NCBI GenBank assembly: GCA_965277625.1
Contig: OZ255827.1
Coordinates: 1,608,550 to 1,672,549 of the forward strand
Direction: 5' to 3'
Length of the DNA: 64,000 bases
Origin: Gammaproteobacteria bacterium
GTDB lineage: Bacteria > Pseudomonadota > Gammaproteobacteria > CAKMZV01
Below the pieces are notes generated by a model that was given only the letters and a program-made list of their open reading frames with translations, was not told the DNA's origin and searched no databases. The translations under genes were made by a program, and so were the position numbers. Positions 42,475 to 53,022 of the stretch are shown one piece after another (positions within the stretch are counted from its first letter, which is position 1; every line of letters starts with the position of its first letter).

Positions 42475-43254
42475 ATGAATGATAAAACCCCCGTTATCCT
42501 GCGCGGATTAGTCGTGCTTGAAACCATGGCGCATTTTAAAAGACCAGCATCGGCGGCTGAAATTATTGAGAAAACGCAACTCCCCAAACCAACCATCCAT
42601 CGAATTTTGATTCAATTAGAATCAGCTGGCTATATTTACCGGCACGCATTAACGCGTACATACGCCCTCAGCCACAAACTCGTGCATTTCGCTTACGATA
42701 TATCAAACCATGAAGTTTATAAAGGCGCGGGGCATAATATATTAAAACAATTGTCCATAGAAACCAACGAAACTTGTAACTGTACAATATTTAATGGCAG
42801 GAGCATTACTTACTATGACCGTGTCGAAGCAAATTGGCCATTACGATTACAGCTACCCATTGGCTCGGAATTGCCCATTCATTGCACAGCAAGTGGCAAA
42901 TTATTTCTGGCATACCTTCCCAAAAAAGCACGCCTTCATTTACTCAACTCTTTGGATTTAAAACCACGAACGGCCGCCTCATACACAGATGCCACAAGGC
43001 TGTACAATCACTTGCGAACCGTTCGTTCACAAGGATACAGCCTAGACAATGAAGAATTTTATGAAGGCACCGTTGCCATTGCTGTACCCGTATTTCGCAT
43101 GCATAACAACGTCAGAACCATGCTTTTTACGGTCGCCATTCAAGCGCCAAATTCGCGTAAAACCATTCAAGAATTGATGGATTATTTGGAGCCCCTCAAA
43201 GCGGCTGCTAAAAAAATTGAGCACATCTATGAAGACTTAGACAATGACAATTAA
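42475..43254 (+). CDS. IclR-family transcriptional regulator (HpsR-like)
   Basis: N-terminal wHTH (LRGLVVLETMAHF) and a C-terminal IclR effector domain. Start moved to the Met preceded by AAAGAGG. Confidence 0.85.
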   Translation: MNDKTPVILRGLVVLETMAHFKRPASAAEIIEKTQLPKPTIHRILIQLESAGYIYRHALTRTYALSHKLVHFAYDISNHEVYKGAGHNILKQLSIETNETCNCTIFNGRSITYYDRVEANWPLRLQLPIGSELPIHCTASGKLFLAYLPKKARLHLLNSLDLKPRTAASYTDATRLYNHLRTVRSQGYSLDNEEFYEGTVAIAVPVFRMHNNVRTMLFTVAIQAPNSRKTIQELMDYLEPLKAAAKKIEHIYEDLDNDN

Positions 43255-43343
43255 GGCATATTTGAAACAGTTTTGATGATGCATTCTCATACGCTGTGCT
43301 GAGCGGCAACAAGACTGCTATAACCCCTTAATCAGACATTCTA

Positions 43344-44204
43344 TTAACTTTTGCTCTTTCGCTCAAACAGTGGTACTAAAGCATAGAGAAATAAGGTCAG
43401 CAATACGATTAAGCCACCGACAATAACCAAGACACTGGGTTGTTCACGAATAACAATCCACGAAATCAAAATCCCTAAAACCGTTTCTAACGGCATAACC
43501 ATGCCCACCTCTGCCGCCGATATGAAACGCGGTGCGATGCTCAGGAGTAGTAAAGATATGGATACAATACCACTCATCAGTATGACATAAATTGTATCCT
43601 GAGCGGACAAGAAGAAAGTCGGCGCAATAATCGCAGCGATTATCGCCGTTATAAATGCACTCAACGACATGGCAGGCACCATATTGAACGATTTACATTT
43701 GCGCATGATGGTAAAACTAATACCTAATGCCAGTGCGGTATTCAGGGCTAAAAGATCCCCAATTAAATGAACATCGCCAATATTATCAGACACGATTGTT
43801 ACAACGCCAACCACCACCGACAACATGGCAATCCAGGTAATGGGCTTGGTTTTTTCCCTGAGGGCAAAATGGGCAATCACAGCCGTCATCAAAGGGGAAG
43901 TGCTGAGGATGATCAAGGTATTGGTAACGGTCGTGTGCTCAATGGCAAATATAAAAGAAAACGTACCGACACTGAAAAAAAATGCCAAATAAATGCCTAA
44001 ACGACCAATTTTTTTATATTCGCTAATGGTCTTTCGACCATACATCATGGTAAGGATTAATGATATGCCTACACCAACGGCCACTCCTCGCCAAAAAAGA
44101 ATGGTTAAACTGTCGGACGCCATTAATTTAATCAGCACCGCATCGGGACTGAGAATAACAACGCTTAATACAGCTAACAAGTAGCCTTTTAAATTTGTTG
44201 TCAC
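43344..44204 (-). CDS. DMT-superfamily (EamA-like) transporter
   Basis: 286-aa protein with 10 TMS and a two-EamA-repeat architecture. Confidence 0.75.
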   Translation of the reverse strand: MTTNLKGYLLAVLSVVILSPDAVLIKLMASDSLTILFWRGVAVGVGISLILTMMYGRKTISEYKKIGRLGIYLAFFFSVGTFSFIFAIEHTTVTNTLIILSTSPLMTAVIAHFALREKTKPITWIAMLSVVVGVVTIVSDNIGDVHLIGDLLALNTALALGISFTIMRKCKSFNMVPAMSLSAFITAIIAAIIAPTFFLSAQDTIYVILMSGIVSISLLLLSIAPRFISAAEVGMVMPLETVLGILISWIVIREQPSVLVIVGGLIVLLTLFLYALVPLFERKSKS

Positions 44205-44410
44205 GCTGGGGTAGATATTGTAATTAGGGGTTGAATGTTTGTAAACTGCTCAGCATTCTAACAGTGAATACTTTAATTTATCTATGTCTTTATCAGACTG
44301 TTTAATTGGCTTTTCATTATTCAAAAGAATGTAGAATGGATGCGTCTTTTGCGACAACCGCGTTACCATTTCTTTCACCCCTATAATGCAAATATTACGA
44401 GTAAAATTTA

Positions 44411-45835
44411 ATGCCGACCTCTCATAATCGCAACACCTTATTCATTACCCTCTCTGTTTGTTTTGGTTTTCTGACCACACCCGTCACCATCTCTGGAATT
44501 AACGTTGTCATTCCATCAATCAGCGCCGAATTTGGCTTGAATGCCATTTTGACAAATTGGGTTTTAGCGCTCTTTATATTGAGCAATTGTGCATTCATCT
44601 TGCCTGCCGGTCGTCTGGCCGATAACTATGGGCGCAAAAGAATTTATATGCTGGGCGGCTGGCTCCTCGTCGTAGGGGCGCTTGTCAGTATCCTTGCTCC
44701 TTCAGAGTTCATTTTCTTTGTCGGTCGCTTTGTTCAAGGGATGGCGGTTGCCATGATATTTTCCTCAGGCTTAGCTTTGATCGTCAGCGCCGTGCCCAAG
44801 AAAGATCGAGGACTCTATCTGGGGCTCACCTCAGCTTGTGTTTATGTAGGACTGTCGATTGGCCCACTGATTGGTGGTTGGTTAGAAAGTGCCTATGGTT
44901 GGCGCAGTTGTTTTATGGCCATCATTGTTGCCATTATTGGCGTAAATGGTATTTTGCTCGCCACTTATGGACAGGACTGGAAAGCCGCAGAAAAAAAAGC
45001 CCTTGATATATCGGGCAGTTTATTCTTAGCATTGGCCATCGGTGGTTTAGTCATTGGAACGACTTTGATCAATCAATCCTACGCCATCTGGATCTTTTGT
45101 TCCAGTGTCATATTTTTCTTGATCTTTATACGCTTACAAAAACGCCGAACCCATCCTTTGATACGCTTGGATTTACTCCGTAAAAACACGGCCTTATTAC
45201 ATGGGTCTTTGGCGAGTTTTTTGATGTACACGGGGAATTATACCGTGCCCTTTTTAATGGCACTTTGCATGCAGTATGTTTATATGATGAGCGCTTTCGA
45301 GGCAGGCACCATCATTATTTGGCAGGCCATTGCCATGACGATTGCTGCGCTATTGGTGAGCAAGTTATCACAAATTTATGAACCCCGAACCTTGGCTTTT
45401 TCAGGGGTGACGCTCTATAGTATCGGGCTGTTAACCTTGGCTTACAAATTACAACAAAACGACATTGTAGGGATGCAATACGCGCTTTTTGTGATAGGAT
45501 TCGGCTTTGGCTTTTTCAGCGCACCCAACAACACCATGGGATTAAGCAAGGTCAGCGATGATCGAATGGGCATAGGGGCAGGATTAATAAATTTTGCCCG
45601 TGTTTTTGGCAATATCGCTGGCAGTCTTATTGTGCTGTTATTAACCGCCATTTTTGTCGGTCAAGTCGCTTTTTCGGTAGAAACCACCGTAGAGTTACTG
45701 CTCATTGCCAAAATCAGCTTTGTCACTGGTGCGATTTTAGCTGTAGTGGCGATTGTGATTATTCTAAAACAAGCCGACATCAATCCAAAACGCATCGATG
45801 CTTTGAAAGATAAAACTTCTGATTTGGGACATTAA
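44411..45835 (+). CDS. MFS transporter, DHA2-like (14-TMS)
   Basis: 474-aa protein with MFS motifs (GRLADNYGRKR). Confidence 0.75.
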   Translation: MPTSHNRNTLFITLSVCFGFLTTPVTISGINVVIPSISAEFGLNAILTNWVLALFILSNCAFILPAGRLADNYGRKRIYMLGGWLLVVGALVSILAPSEFIFFVGRFVQGMAVAMIFSSGLALIVSAVPKKDRGLYLGLTSACVYVGLSIGPLIGGWLESAYGWRSCFMAIIVAIIGVNGILLATYGQDWKAAEKKALDISGSLFLALAIGGLVIGTTLINQSYAIWIFCSSVIFFLIFIRLQKRRTHPLIRLDLLRKNTALLHGSLASFLMYTGNYTVPFLMALCMQYVYMMSAFEAGTIIIWQAIAMTIAALLVSKLSQIYEPRTLAFSGVTLYSIGLLTLAYKLQQNDIVGMQYALFVIGFGFGFFSAPNNTMGLSKVSDDRMGIGAGLINFARVFGNIAGSLIVLLLTAIFVGQVAFSVETTVELLLIAKISFVTGAILAVVAIVIILKQADINPKRIDALKDKTSDLGH

Positions 45836-45851
45836 ACCCATTTGAAAAGTG

Positions 45852-46562
45852 CTATACAAAAAGCGCTAAAAGGCCAATTAAAATCGGTTGATGAATCAAA
45901 TAAATCCACAGCGAATATTTTGACATAAAGGCAATGATACGCTGGCTGTATTGTTCATTTTGAGTAAAGACATACAGCCGATAATGGCCCACATAAATAC
46001 CGATTAAAACAGCGCTTATCCAAGGAATAAGAGGCACTGAATCTTCGGACCTATACGGCAAGCCCAGCCACGGTTGCACCCATTCAAACAACCCATGAAC
46101 CCCAATCCAATCAGCATTGTAAAGCAAGAGAATGATGAGGGCCACACTCAGGGCCACATTGGGGTTATTTCTAAACAACAATGCCACCACAGAGCCGATC
46201 AAAATAAAATGCAAAATACCAAAATATATCCAAGAATTTGGAAATTGTGTATAGCTGCCAATGCTCACCACAATGCTCGCCAGACCGAGAATGATTAAGC
46301 GTCTGATCAGTTTTTTAACGCGGATGTGCGGCGTATGCGACAGCACAATACTGATTCCCACACAAACTAAGAACAACGTCATAATTAAATAGCGAAATGC
46401 GCGCCATTCAACGTGATTATTGGGGTTGATGTCGTGCACCCCAAAAACAAACAAATCAAAATTAAAGTGATACACCACCATCAGTACAATGGCCAAAGCC
46501 CGAATAAAATCAAGGCTGTATGACCGACCAGATTCGTGCTTTAATTGATTTGTCGCTGACAT
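45852..46562 (-). CDS. DUF1624-family membrane protein (heparan-alpha-glucosaminide N-acetyltransferase-like)
   Basis: 236-aa polytopic membrane protein. N-terminal LDFIRALAIVLMVVYHF is typical of DUF1624 and acyltransferase-3-like proteins. Confidence 0.55.
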   Translation of the reverse strand: MSATNQLKHESGRSYSLDFIRALAIVLMVVYHFNFDLFVFGVHDINPNNHVEWRAFRYLIMTLFLVCVGISIVLSHTPHIRVKKLIRRLIILGLASIVVSIGSYTQFPNSWIYFGILHFILIGSVVALLFRNNPNVALSVALIILLLYNADWIGVHGLFEWVQPWLGLPYRSEDSVPLIPWISAVLIGIYVGHYRLYVFTQNEQYSQRIIAFMSKYSLWIYLIHQPILIGLLALFV

Positions 46563-46628
46563 AAATGAATTAGCTGACTAAGCAAGTTTTCTAATCTGTG
46601 ACGCTGAGTCAGCGCAGACTTGGCATTG

Positions 46629-49412
46629 TCAGGCTTTGCCATGACATTTTTTGTATTTTTTACCCGAGCCACAAGGGCAAGGTTCGTTCCGCCCAACCTT
46701 CCGCCCTTCACGCTGATAAGGGCTTTGGACAGGTACTGGGGCTTGATTTGAAGCCGCAGGTGATTGAAAGCTGCTACTTGGCGCAGGTTTTGGCCGACTC
46801 ATTTCTTCAGGTGCGGTGAAATTCTTAATCTTAGAATGGCCCAAGTTTACATCGTCTGCTTGACGACGTTTCTCGTCTATGGCCTCAACATCGGCCTCAT
46901 CTTGTAGCTGCACAAAGCATAATACTTTGGTCACATCATGGCGAACATTGTCAAGCAGCTCTTCAAACATTTCAAAAGCTTCTTTTTTATATTCTTGCAG
47001 CGGATTCCTTTGGGCATAGCCGCGTAAATGAATGCCTTGACGCAAGTAATCTAAGCCTGCCAAATGTTCTTTCCAAAGACTGTCCAATACCTGCAATAGC
47101 ACGGCTTTTTCAAAATGACGAATGACGTTTTCGCCCACCTTGTCAGATTTTTGTTTATATACTTGCTCTATGGCCGATAGAATATTTTCCTTAAGACCTG
47201 CTTCAGCCAGAAGATCATCTTCATCTAACCAAGTTTGTAGGGGTAAGCGAATATTGTATTCTTCTTTGAGCGCCTCCTCCAATGATGAAATGTCCCAAAG
47301 TTCAGAAATACTGCCAGGCGGGATGTAGGTGGCAACAGTGGCATGTACATCCTCTTCACGTAATCGCGCAACATAATCTCCCCAATCATCAAATTCCATG
47401 ATGTCATTGCGCTGTTGGTAAATCACTTTTCTTTGATCATTCACCACATTGTCATACTCTAACAGCTGCTTTCTAATCTCAAAGTTTCGACCTTCTACTT
47501 TCTTTTGAGCGTTGGCAATGGCTTTGGTCACCCAATTGTGTTCAATGGCTTCTCCTTGATCCAATCCCAATTTTTGCATCATCCCGCGCATTTTGTCCGA
47601 GGCAAATATGCGCATCAGATCGTCTTCCAATGAAAGATAAAAAATACTGCTGCCTGGATCACCTTGACGACCGGCACGACCTCTTAATTGGTTATCCACC
47701 CGTCTGGACTCATGGCGTTCGGTGCCGATGACGTGCAGACCGCCTAAAGCAATAACCTTATCGTGATTGACCTGCCATTCTTGCCGCATCCGCTCCATTT
47801 CTTGTTCAGATATGCCCTCAATCTGGCTGATTTCAAATTCAACATTGCCACCCAATACAATGTCTGTTCCGCGACCGGCCATATTTGTTGCAATGGTCAC
47901 CGCCCCCAATTGACCCGCTTGGGCTATGATGGTGGCTTCACGTTCGTTTTGTTTGGCATTCAACACAGCGTGTTTTAACTTGGCTTTGTTCAACGCTTCC
48001 GACAGGCGTTCAGAGCTGTCAATGGAGGCTGTACCAACCAAAATGGGCTGTTCTGTTTCGTGGATTTTTTTAATGTCATTGACCAAGGCATCAAATTTTT
48101 CTGCCTCACTCAGATAGACCACATCAATGAAATCTTTTCTCTTAACAGGTACATTCGGTGGGATAACCACAACATTAAGGCTGTAGATTTGCTGAAGCTC
48201 AATGGCTTCTGTATCCGCCGTACCAGTCATTCCTGATAATTTACCGTAGAGCCTAAAATAGTTTTGAAATGTAATCGATGCCAAGGTTTGGTTTTCATTC
48301 TGAATGGGCACCTTTTCCTTTGCTTCGATCGCCTGATGCAAACCATCTGACCAACGTCTGCCCTGCATCTTACGACCAGTAAATTCATCAATAATCACAA
48401 TTTCAGAGTTTTCAATAATGTAATCGGTGTTCTTTTCGTACAAGGTATGCGCCCTGATCGAGGCGGTGATGTTTTGCATCAAATTGATGTTACGCGCATC
48501 ATACAAATTGGCATCTTTGGCTAATATGCCTTTGTTATAGAGAAACTTCTCAACCCGCTCATGACCAGCATCGGTCAATGTCACTGAACGATTTTTCTCA
48601 TCTAAAATATAATCGCCTGGCTTATAGTCTTCACTCGGAATGCCCTCTTTATTGATTTCACCAATTTGTTTGACCAAACTTTTGGGGATGCCGTTCAATT
48701 TACCATAAATTTCTACATCGTCTTCAGATTGCCCTGAAATGATTAACGGCGTTCTCGCTTCATCGATCAAAATGGAATCCACTTCATCGACTATGGCAAA
48801 TGCGTGCCCTCTTTGCATCCGATCATCCGCCGAAAATGCCATGTTATCGCGCAAATAATCGAAACCGAATTCATTGTTGGTGCCGTAGGTGATATCCGCA
48901 TTGTATTGACGGTACTTGTTTTTCCACAATTGTCCGCTCAGAATGACTCCGACGGTTAATCCCAAAAACAAATAGACCTGACCCATCCATTCCGAGTCTC
49001 TTTTGGCCAAATAATCATTGACTGTGACCACATGAACGCCATCACCCTTTAAGGCATTCAGATAGGCCGCTAAGGTGGCAACCAATGTTTTACCTTCACC
49101 TGTTCCCATTTCAGCTATCCTGCCATCGTGCAAGACCATACCCCCAATCAACTGCACATCAAAATGACGCATGCCAAGCACCCTTCGGCTCGCTTCACGA
49201 CAAACGGCAAAGGCTTCTGGTAGCAAACTGTCTAAGGATTCTCCTGATTCTAATCGTTCCTTAAAATGCGGCGTTTTGTCTTGTAATTGTGTATCACTCA
49301 AATCCTTCAGCCCATCCTCTAACGAGTTGATTGCTTGGATACGTTTTTGATATTTTTTTATGGTGCGGCTATTGCTTGTTCCAAAAATGGATTGAAGGGC
49401 GCTGTTTATCAT
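46629..49412 (-). CDS. secA: Preprotein translocase ATPase SecA
   Basis: 927-aa protein with DEAD motor motifs, a preprotein cross-linking domain and a C-terminal zinc finger ([14 protein letters not shown]). Confidence 0.97.
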   Translation of the reverse strand: MINSALQSIFGTSNSRTIKKYQKRIQAINSLEDGLKDLSDTQLQDKTPHFKERLESGESLDSLLPEAFAVCREASRRVLGMRHFDVQLIGGMVLHDGRIAEMGTGEGKTLVATLAAYLNALKGDGVHVVTVNDYLAKRDSEWMGQVYLFLGLTVGVILSGQLWKNKYRQYNADITYGTNNEFGFDYLRDNMAFSADDRMQRGHAFAIVDEVDSILIDEARTPLIISGQSEDDVEIYGKLNGIPKSLVKQIGEINKEGIPSEDYKPGDYILDEKNRSVTLTDAGHERVEKFLYNKGILAKDANLYDARNINLMQNITASIRAHTLYEKNTDYIIENSEIVIIDEFTGRKMQGRRWSDGLHQAIEAKEKVPIQNENQTLASITFQNYFRLYGKLSGMTGTADTEAIELQQIYSLNVVVIPPNVPVKRKDFIDVVYLSEAEKFDALVNDIKKIHETEQPILVGTASIDSSERLSEALNKAKLKHAVLNAKQNEREATIIAQAGQLGAVTIATNMAGRGTDIVLGGNVEFEISQIEGISEQEMERMRQEWQVNHDKVIALGGLHVIGTERHESRRVDNQLRGRAGRQGDPGSSIFYLSLEDDLMRIFASDKMRGMMQKLGLDQGEAIEHNWVTKAIANAQKKVEGRNFEIRKQLLEYDNVVNDQRKVIYQQRNDIMEFDDWGDYVARLREEDVHATVATYIPPGSISELWDISSLEEALKEEYNIRLPLQTWLDEDDLLAEAGLKENILSAIEQVYKQKSDKVGENVIRHFEKAVLLQVLDSLWKEHLAGLDYLRQGIHLRGYAQRNPLQEYKKEAFEMFEELLDNVRHDVTKVLCFVQLQDEADVEAIDEKRRQADDVNLGHSKIKNFTAPEEMSRPKPAPSSSFQSPAASNQAPVPVQSPYQREGRKVGRNEPCPCGSGKKYKKCHGKA

Positions 49413-49524
49413 GTAACTAAAAATTTAGGGGACGAGTTATAAAAATGAATTCAAATATTGAATTGAGGTAGTAAAATGGTATATGGATGTCTATTTTAAC
49501 ATTTTACAAAGTGAGAGTACTATC

Positions 49525-50535
49525 ATGCGTTTTATAAATATTTTAATTTGCTTATTTGCATTAGCATTATCAATCAACATCAGCTCAGCTAACGCTAAGC
49601 CCAAGCCAGGCAGTTATATTTTGGCAACAGCCAGTGCTGGCGGAACCTACTACCCTGTGGGTGTTGCTTTGGCAACCTTAACCAAAGTAAAAATACAACC
49701 CAAGTTTAAGGTGAGCATTTCGGCCATCAATTCAGCTGGTTCGGGCGAAAACGTTAAATTATTACGCGAAGATGAAGCCCAATTTGCCATTTTACAGGGG
49801 TTATACGGATCCTATGCATGGTCTGGAACAGGTCCCATTAAGCAAAAGCAATCACAATTGCGCTCGGTTTCCATGTTGTGGCAGAACGTAGAGCAGATCA
49901 TCATCAGCTCTGAATACGCCAAATCGGGTACGGTATCTGACCTCAATAGCATTCCCAATAGTGCCCACTTGGCATTGGGGAAAAAGAATTCAGGCACTAT
50001 CGGTTCCAATCGCGAAATATTTGCCAATCTGGGTATCAACATTGACCAATACAAATTGGTTCATGCAGGTTATGGGCCTTCGGCAACAGCACTTCAAGAT
50101 GGTCGTGTGGTGGGCATCAACACCCCTGCAGGTGTTCCCACAGGTGCGATAACAAAATTGCTTGCATCAGTTTCGGATAAAGTCACTTTACTCGACATGT
50201 CCGATGCTCAAGCTAAGAAAGCAGACGGTGGTCGCAACCTATGGACACGCTATGTCATTCCAGCAAACACCTATCCCAATCAGCCAAAGGCATGGAATAC
50301 CATCGCTCAACCGAACTTTCTTGCCACAAACCAAGACGTTGATGAAGAATTTGTTTATCTTTTGACTAAAACCATGTATGAAAATCTGCCCTTCCTCAAT
50401 GCCATCCACAAAGCCACAAAAGCCATGCATTTGGAAAAAGCCATTGCCGGTTTACCTGTGCCTTTGCATAAAGGGGCTGCGCGATTCTATAAAGAAAAAG
50501 GTATAAAAATACCAGCGCATTTATTGGTTGATTAA
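49525..50535 (+). CDS. TAXI-family TRAP transporter solute receptor
   Basis: Signal peptide followed by ATASAGGTYYPVGVALA, typical of the TAXI/immunogenic-protein family. Start moved to the internal Met (MRFINIL). Confidence 0.85.
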   Translation: MRFINILICLFALALSINISSANAKPKPGSYILATASAGGTYYPVGVALATLTKVKIQPKFKVSISAINSAGSGENVKLLREDEAQFAILQGLYGSYAWSGTGPIKQKQSQLRSVSMLWQNVEQIIISSEYAKSGTVSDLNSIPNSAHLALGKKNSGTIGSNREIFANLGINIDQYKLVHAGYGPSATALQDGRVVGINTPAGVPTGAITKLLASVSDKVTLLDMSDAQAKKADGGRNLWTRYVIPANTYPNQPKAWNTIAQPNFLATNQDVDEEFVYLLTKTMYENLPFLNAIHKATKAMHLEKAIAGLPVPLHKGAARFYKEKGIKIPAHLLVD

Positions 50536-50586
50536 GGATTTCAGTCAGTTTTAACAGATACTACTCTATGATTAAGAAAACCGATC

Positions 50587-50926
50587 ATGACCCAATCGTC
50601 TCATTGGGATCGCATGCCCAACAGCATTGCTGAAGAGATCGATAAAAATCGTCAAGATCGGTTTTTCTTTATCTACCTAAACAGCCTTACCTTCATACCT
50701 TCGTCGATCGATGGTCTGATTAACATTATCATTTTCTGTCCTGCAGAAAACCGATCATGACTCAAATATCTCCTTGGGATCGTATTCCCAACAGCATTGC
50801 TAAAGAGATCGATAAAAATCGTCAAGATCGGTTTTTCTTTATCTATCTAAACAGCCTTACCGTCATACCTTCGTCGATCGATGGCCTGATTAACATTATC
50901 ATTTCCTGTCCTGCAGAAAACCGATC
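50587..50926 (+). repeat. Two extra tandem 170-bp copies of the 5' end of the downstream TRAP permease gene, each a 56-codon ORF ending in ATGA
   Basis: Direct comparison of units 50587-50756 and 50757-50926 with the gene start at 50927. The first 85 nt or so are near-identical across all three. The two upstream copies match each other in the rest of the unit, where the real gene is more diverged. Confidence 0.85.
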
Positions 50927-53020
50927 ATGACCCAAATATCTCCTTGGGATCGTATTCCCAACAGCATTGCTGAAGAGATCGATAAAAATCGTCAAGATCG
51001 GTTTTTCTATTTCTATGCCGCCAGCGTTGCCCTCATACATTTGTTGATCAATGGTCTGATTAATATCGATGCCTCACAGCTGAGCATACTCCATCTGGCC
51101 AGTTTTATGATCGTCTGCGTCTGGCTGAACCCAATTAGCACACATAAAAGTTGGCAAACCATTGATCGCCTTATATTCTTTGTGGTTGCCTTGGCCTGCC
51201 TCTACATTTCTTACGCTGAAGATCAAATCTATGAACGGGGGGTACACTTAGACATTTATGATTGGATCGCCGGTGCCGTGACCATTCTCGGCGTCATAGA
51301 ATTAACACGCCGAACAACTGGTTGGATTATTCCGATTTTGATCATAACTGGCTTAAGTTATGTGGTTTGGTGGGGCGATTTATTGTCAGGTGTATTTCGG
51401 TTCTCGTCTCTGAGTCCTGAGACCTTGATGTTTCGTAGCCTTTATGGGGATGATGCGCTTTTTGGCACCATTTCTCGTATCTCGGCGACTTTTGTTTTTA
51501 TCTTCATTATTTTCGGTGCTTTTTTGTTACGCTCGGGTGCGGGGGATTTTGTCATCCATCTTTCCAACGCCATCGCCCAGAAAATCACCGGAGGCCCTGG
51601 GATCATTGCTGTGATTTCGTCTGGATTGACGGGCACCATTTCTGGATCAGCCATTGCCAATACGGCATCGACAGGGGTGATCACCATACCCATGATGATA
51701 AAAGCTGGCTTCCCGCCACGCTTCGCCGCTGCTGTCGAAGCTGCCGCTTCCACAGGAGGTCAACTGATGCCACCCATTATGGGAGCAGGGGCTTTTGTCA
51801 TGGCAAGTTATACCCAAATTCCCTATGGCACTATTGTTTTAGTGAGCATTCTCCCTGCCATTTTATACTTCATGTCATTGATCTTCTATATTCAAATCGA
51901 AGCCAAAAAATATGGCATAAAAGCCGTTCAAATTGAATCGGTGAGCATCTGGACCTTATTATTCAAAGAAGGCTTATCATTCATTCTGCCAATCATTACG
52001 CTGATCACCTTATTTATTATTGGCTATACGCCCGTCTATGCTGGGGTGGCTGCCATTACCGTCATTATTATTTCCTCGTGGTTCACACCAACCAAATTGG
52101 GATTCAAGGGCATCATCGACGCACTGGCATTAGCCACTAAGAATATGGCAACAACTGCCATACTACTGTGCACTGTCGGGCTCATTATTAATGTAATTGT
52201 CACAGCAGGCATTGGCAATACTTTTTCTTTGATGATCGCTGATTGGTCTGGCGGGTCGTTGTTGCTCGCCATTACTTTGGTCGCGCTCGCTTCTTTGATA
52301 CTCGGCATGGGATTGCCCGTGACGGCATCTTATATCGTGCTTGCCACCCTATCAGCACCCGCCTTATTTAACTTGATCGCCCAGTCCAATATCGTAGAAG
52401 CACTCGTTGCGACACCCGAATTGCCTGAATTGAGTGCCATCATAGCCATCATCTCACCGGAACTCTTGCCACTGCCGCAATCGTTTACTGTGGCAGAAGC
52501 ACAAGCTTTTGTGCAACAACTGCCAACCGAAGCACAATTATTACTCCACCCTATCCTCATCGATGAACAAAGCCTAACGATGATTCTTTTGGCGGCCCAT
52601 TTAATCATTTTCTGGCTGTCACAAGACTCCAATATCACGCCGCCTGTCTGTCTGTGTACGTTCACCGCCGCCGCCATTGCAAAAACGCACCCCATGCTTA
52701 CCGGTCTAACTTCATGGAAGGTGGCCAAAGCTTTGTACATCATTCCTTGTTTATTCGCCTTTACGCCCTTTATTACTGGCAACTTCTCAGACGTTATTCA
52801 GGTGTTCGTCGTTGCTTCATTTGGTCTCTTTGCTTTTACTTTGGCCATGCAAGGATTTTATACACGACCGCTCAATATCGCCTTACGGGTCATCATGCTT
52901 AGCACCGCAATTATCTTGATTTATCCATTTAACCTCTTCATTCATATGGGCACCATCGCATTATTATTGTTGCTGTTGTTCTGGCTAAAAAGACAAACCG
53001 TACAACCACACTGTCCATAA
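50927..53020 (+). CDS. TAXI-associated TRAP transporter fused permease (DctQ-DctM fusion)
   Basis: 697-aa polytopic protein immediately downstream of the TAXI receptor. Its size and hydrophobicity are typical of fused TRAP permeases. Confidence 0.85.
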   Translation: MTQISPWDRIPNSIAEEIDKNRQDRFFYFYAASVALIHLLINGLINIDASQLSILHLASFMIVCVWLNPISTHKSWQTIDRLIFFVVALACLYISYAEDQIYERGVHLDIYDWIAGAVTILGVIELTRRTTGWIIPILIITGLSYVVWWGDLLSGVFRFSSLSPETLMFRSLYGDDALFGTISRISATFVFIFIIFGAFLLRSGAGDFVIHLSNAIAQKITGGPGIIAVISSGLTGTISGSAIANTASTGVITIPMMIKAGFPPRFAAAVEAAASTGGQLMPPIMGAGAFVMASYTQIPYGTIVLVSILPAILYFMSLIFYIQIEAKKYGIKAVQIESVSIWTLLFKEGLSFILPIITLITLFIIGYTPVYAGVAAITVIIISSWFTPTKLGFKGIIDALALATKNMATTAILLCTVGLIINVIVTAGIGNTFSLMIADWSGGSLLLAITLVALASLILGMGLPVTASYIVLATLSAPALFNLIAQSNIVEALVATPELPELSAIIAIISPELLPLPQSFTVAEAQAFVQQLPTEAQLLLHPILIDEQSLTMILLAAHLIIFWLSQDSNITPPVCLCTFTAAAIAKTHPMLTGLTSWKVAKALYIIPCLFAFTPFITGNFSDVIQVFVVASFGLFAFTLAMQGFYTRPLNIALRVIMLSTAIILIYPFNLFIHMGTIALLLLLLFWLKRQTVQPHCP

Positions 53021-53022
53021 TA

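Noticed and set aside
50574-50930. Tandem repeat considered as a CRISPR array or an assembly artefact
   Set aside because: The units are 170 bp, contiguous with no spacers, and homologous to the downstream CDS, so this is not a CRISPR array. The copies differ by several substitutions, so a simple assembler collapse or expansion is unlikely. I kept it as a real feature but flagged the need for read validation.
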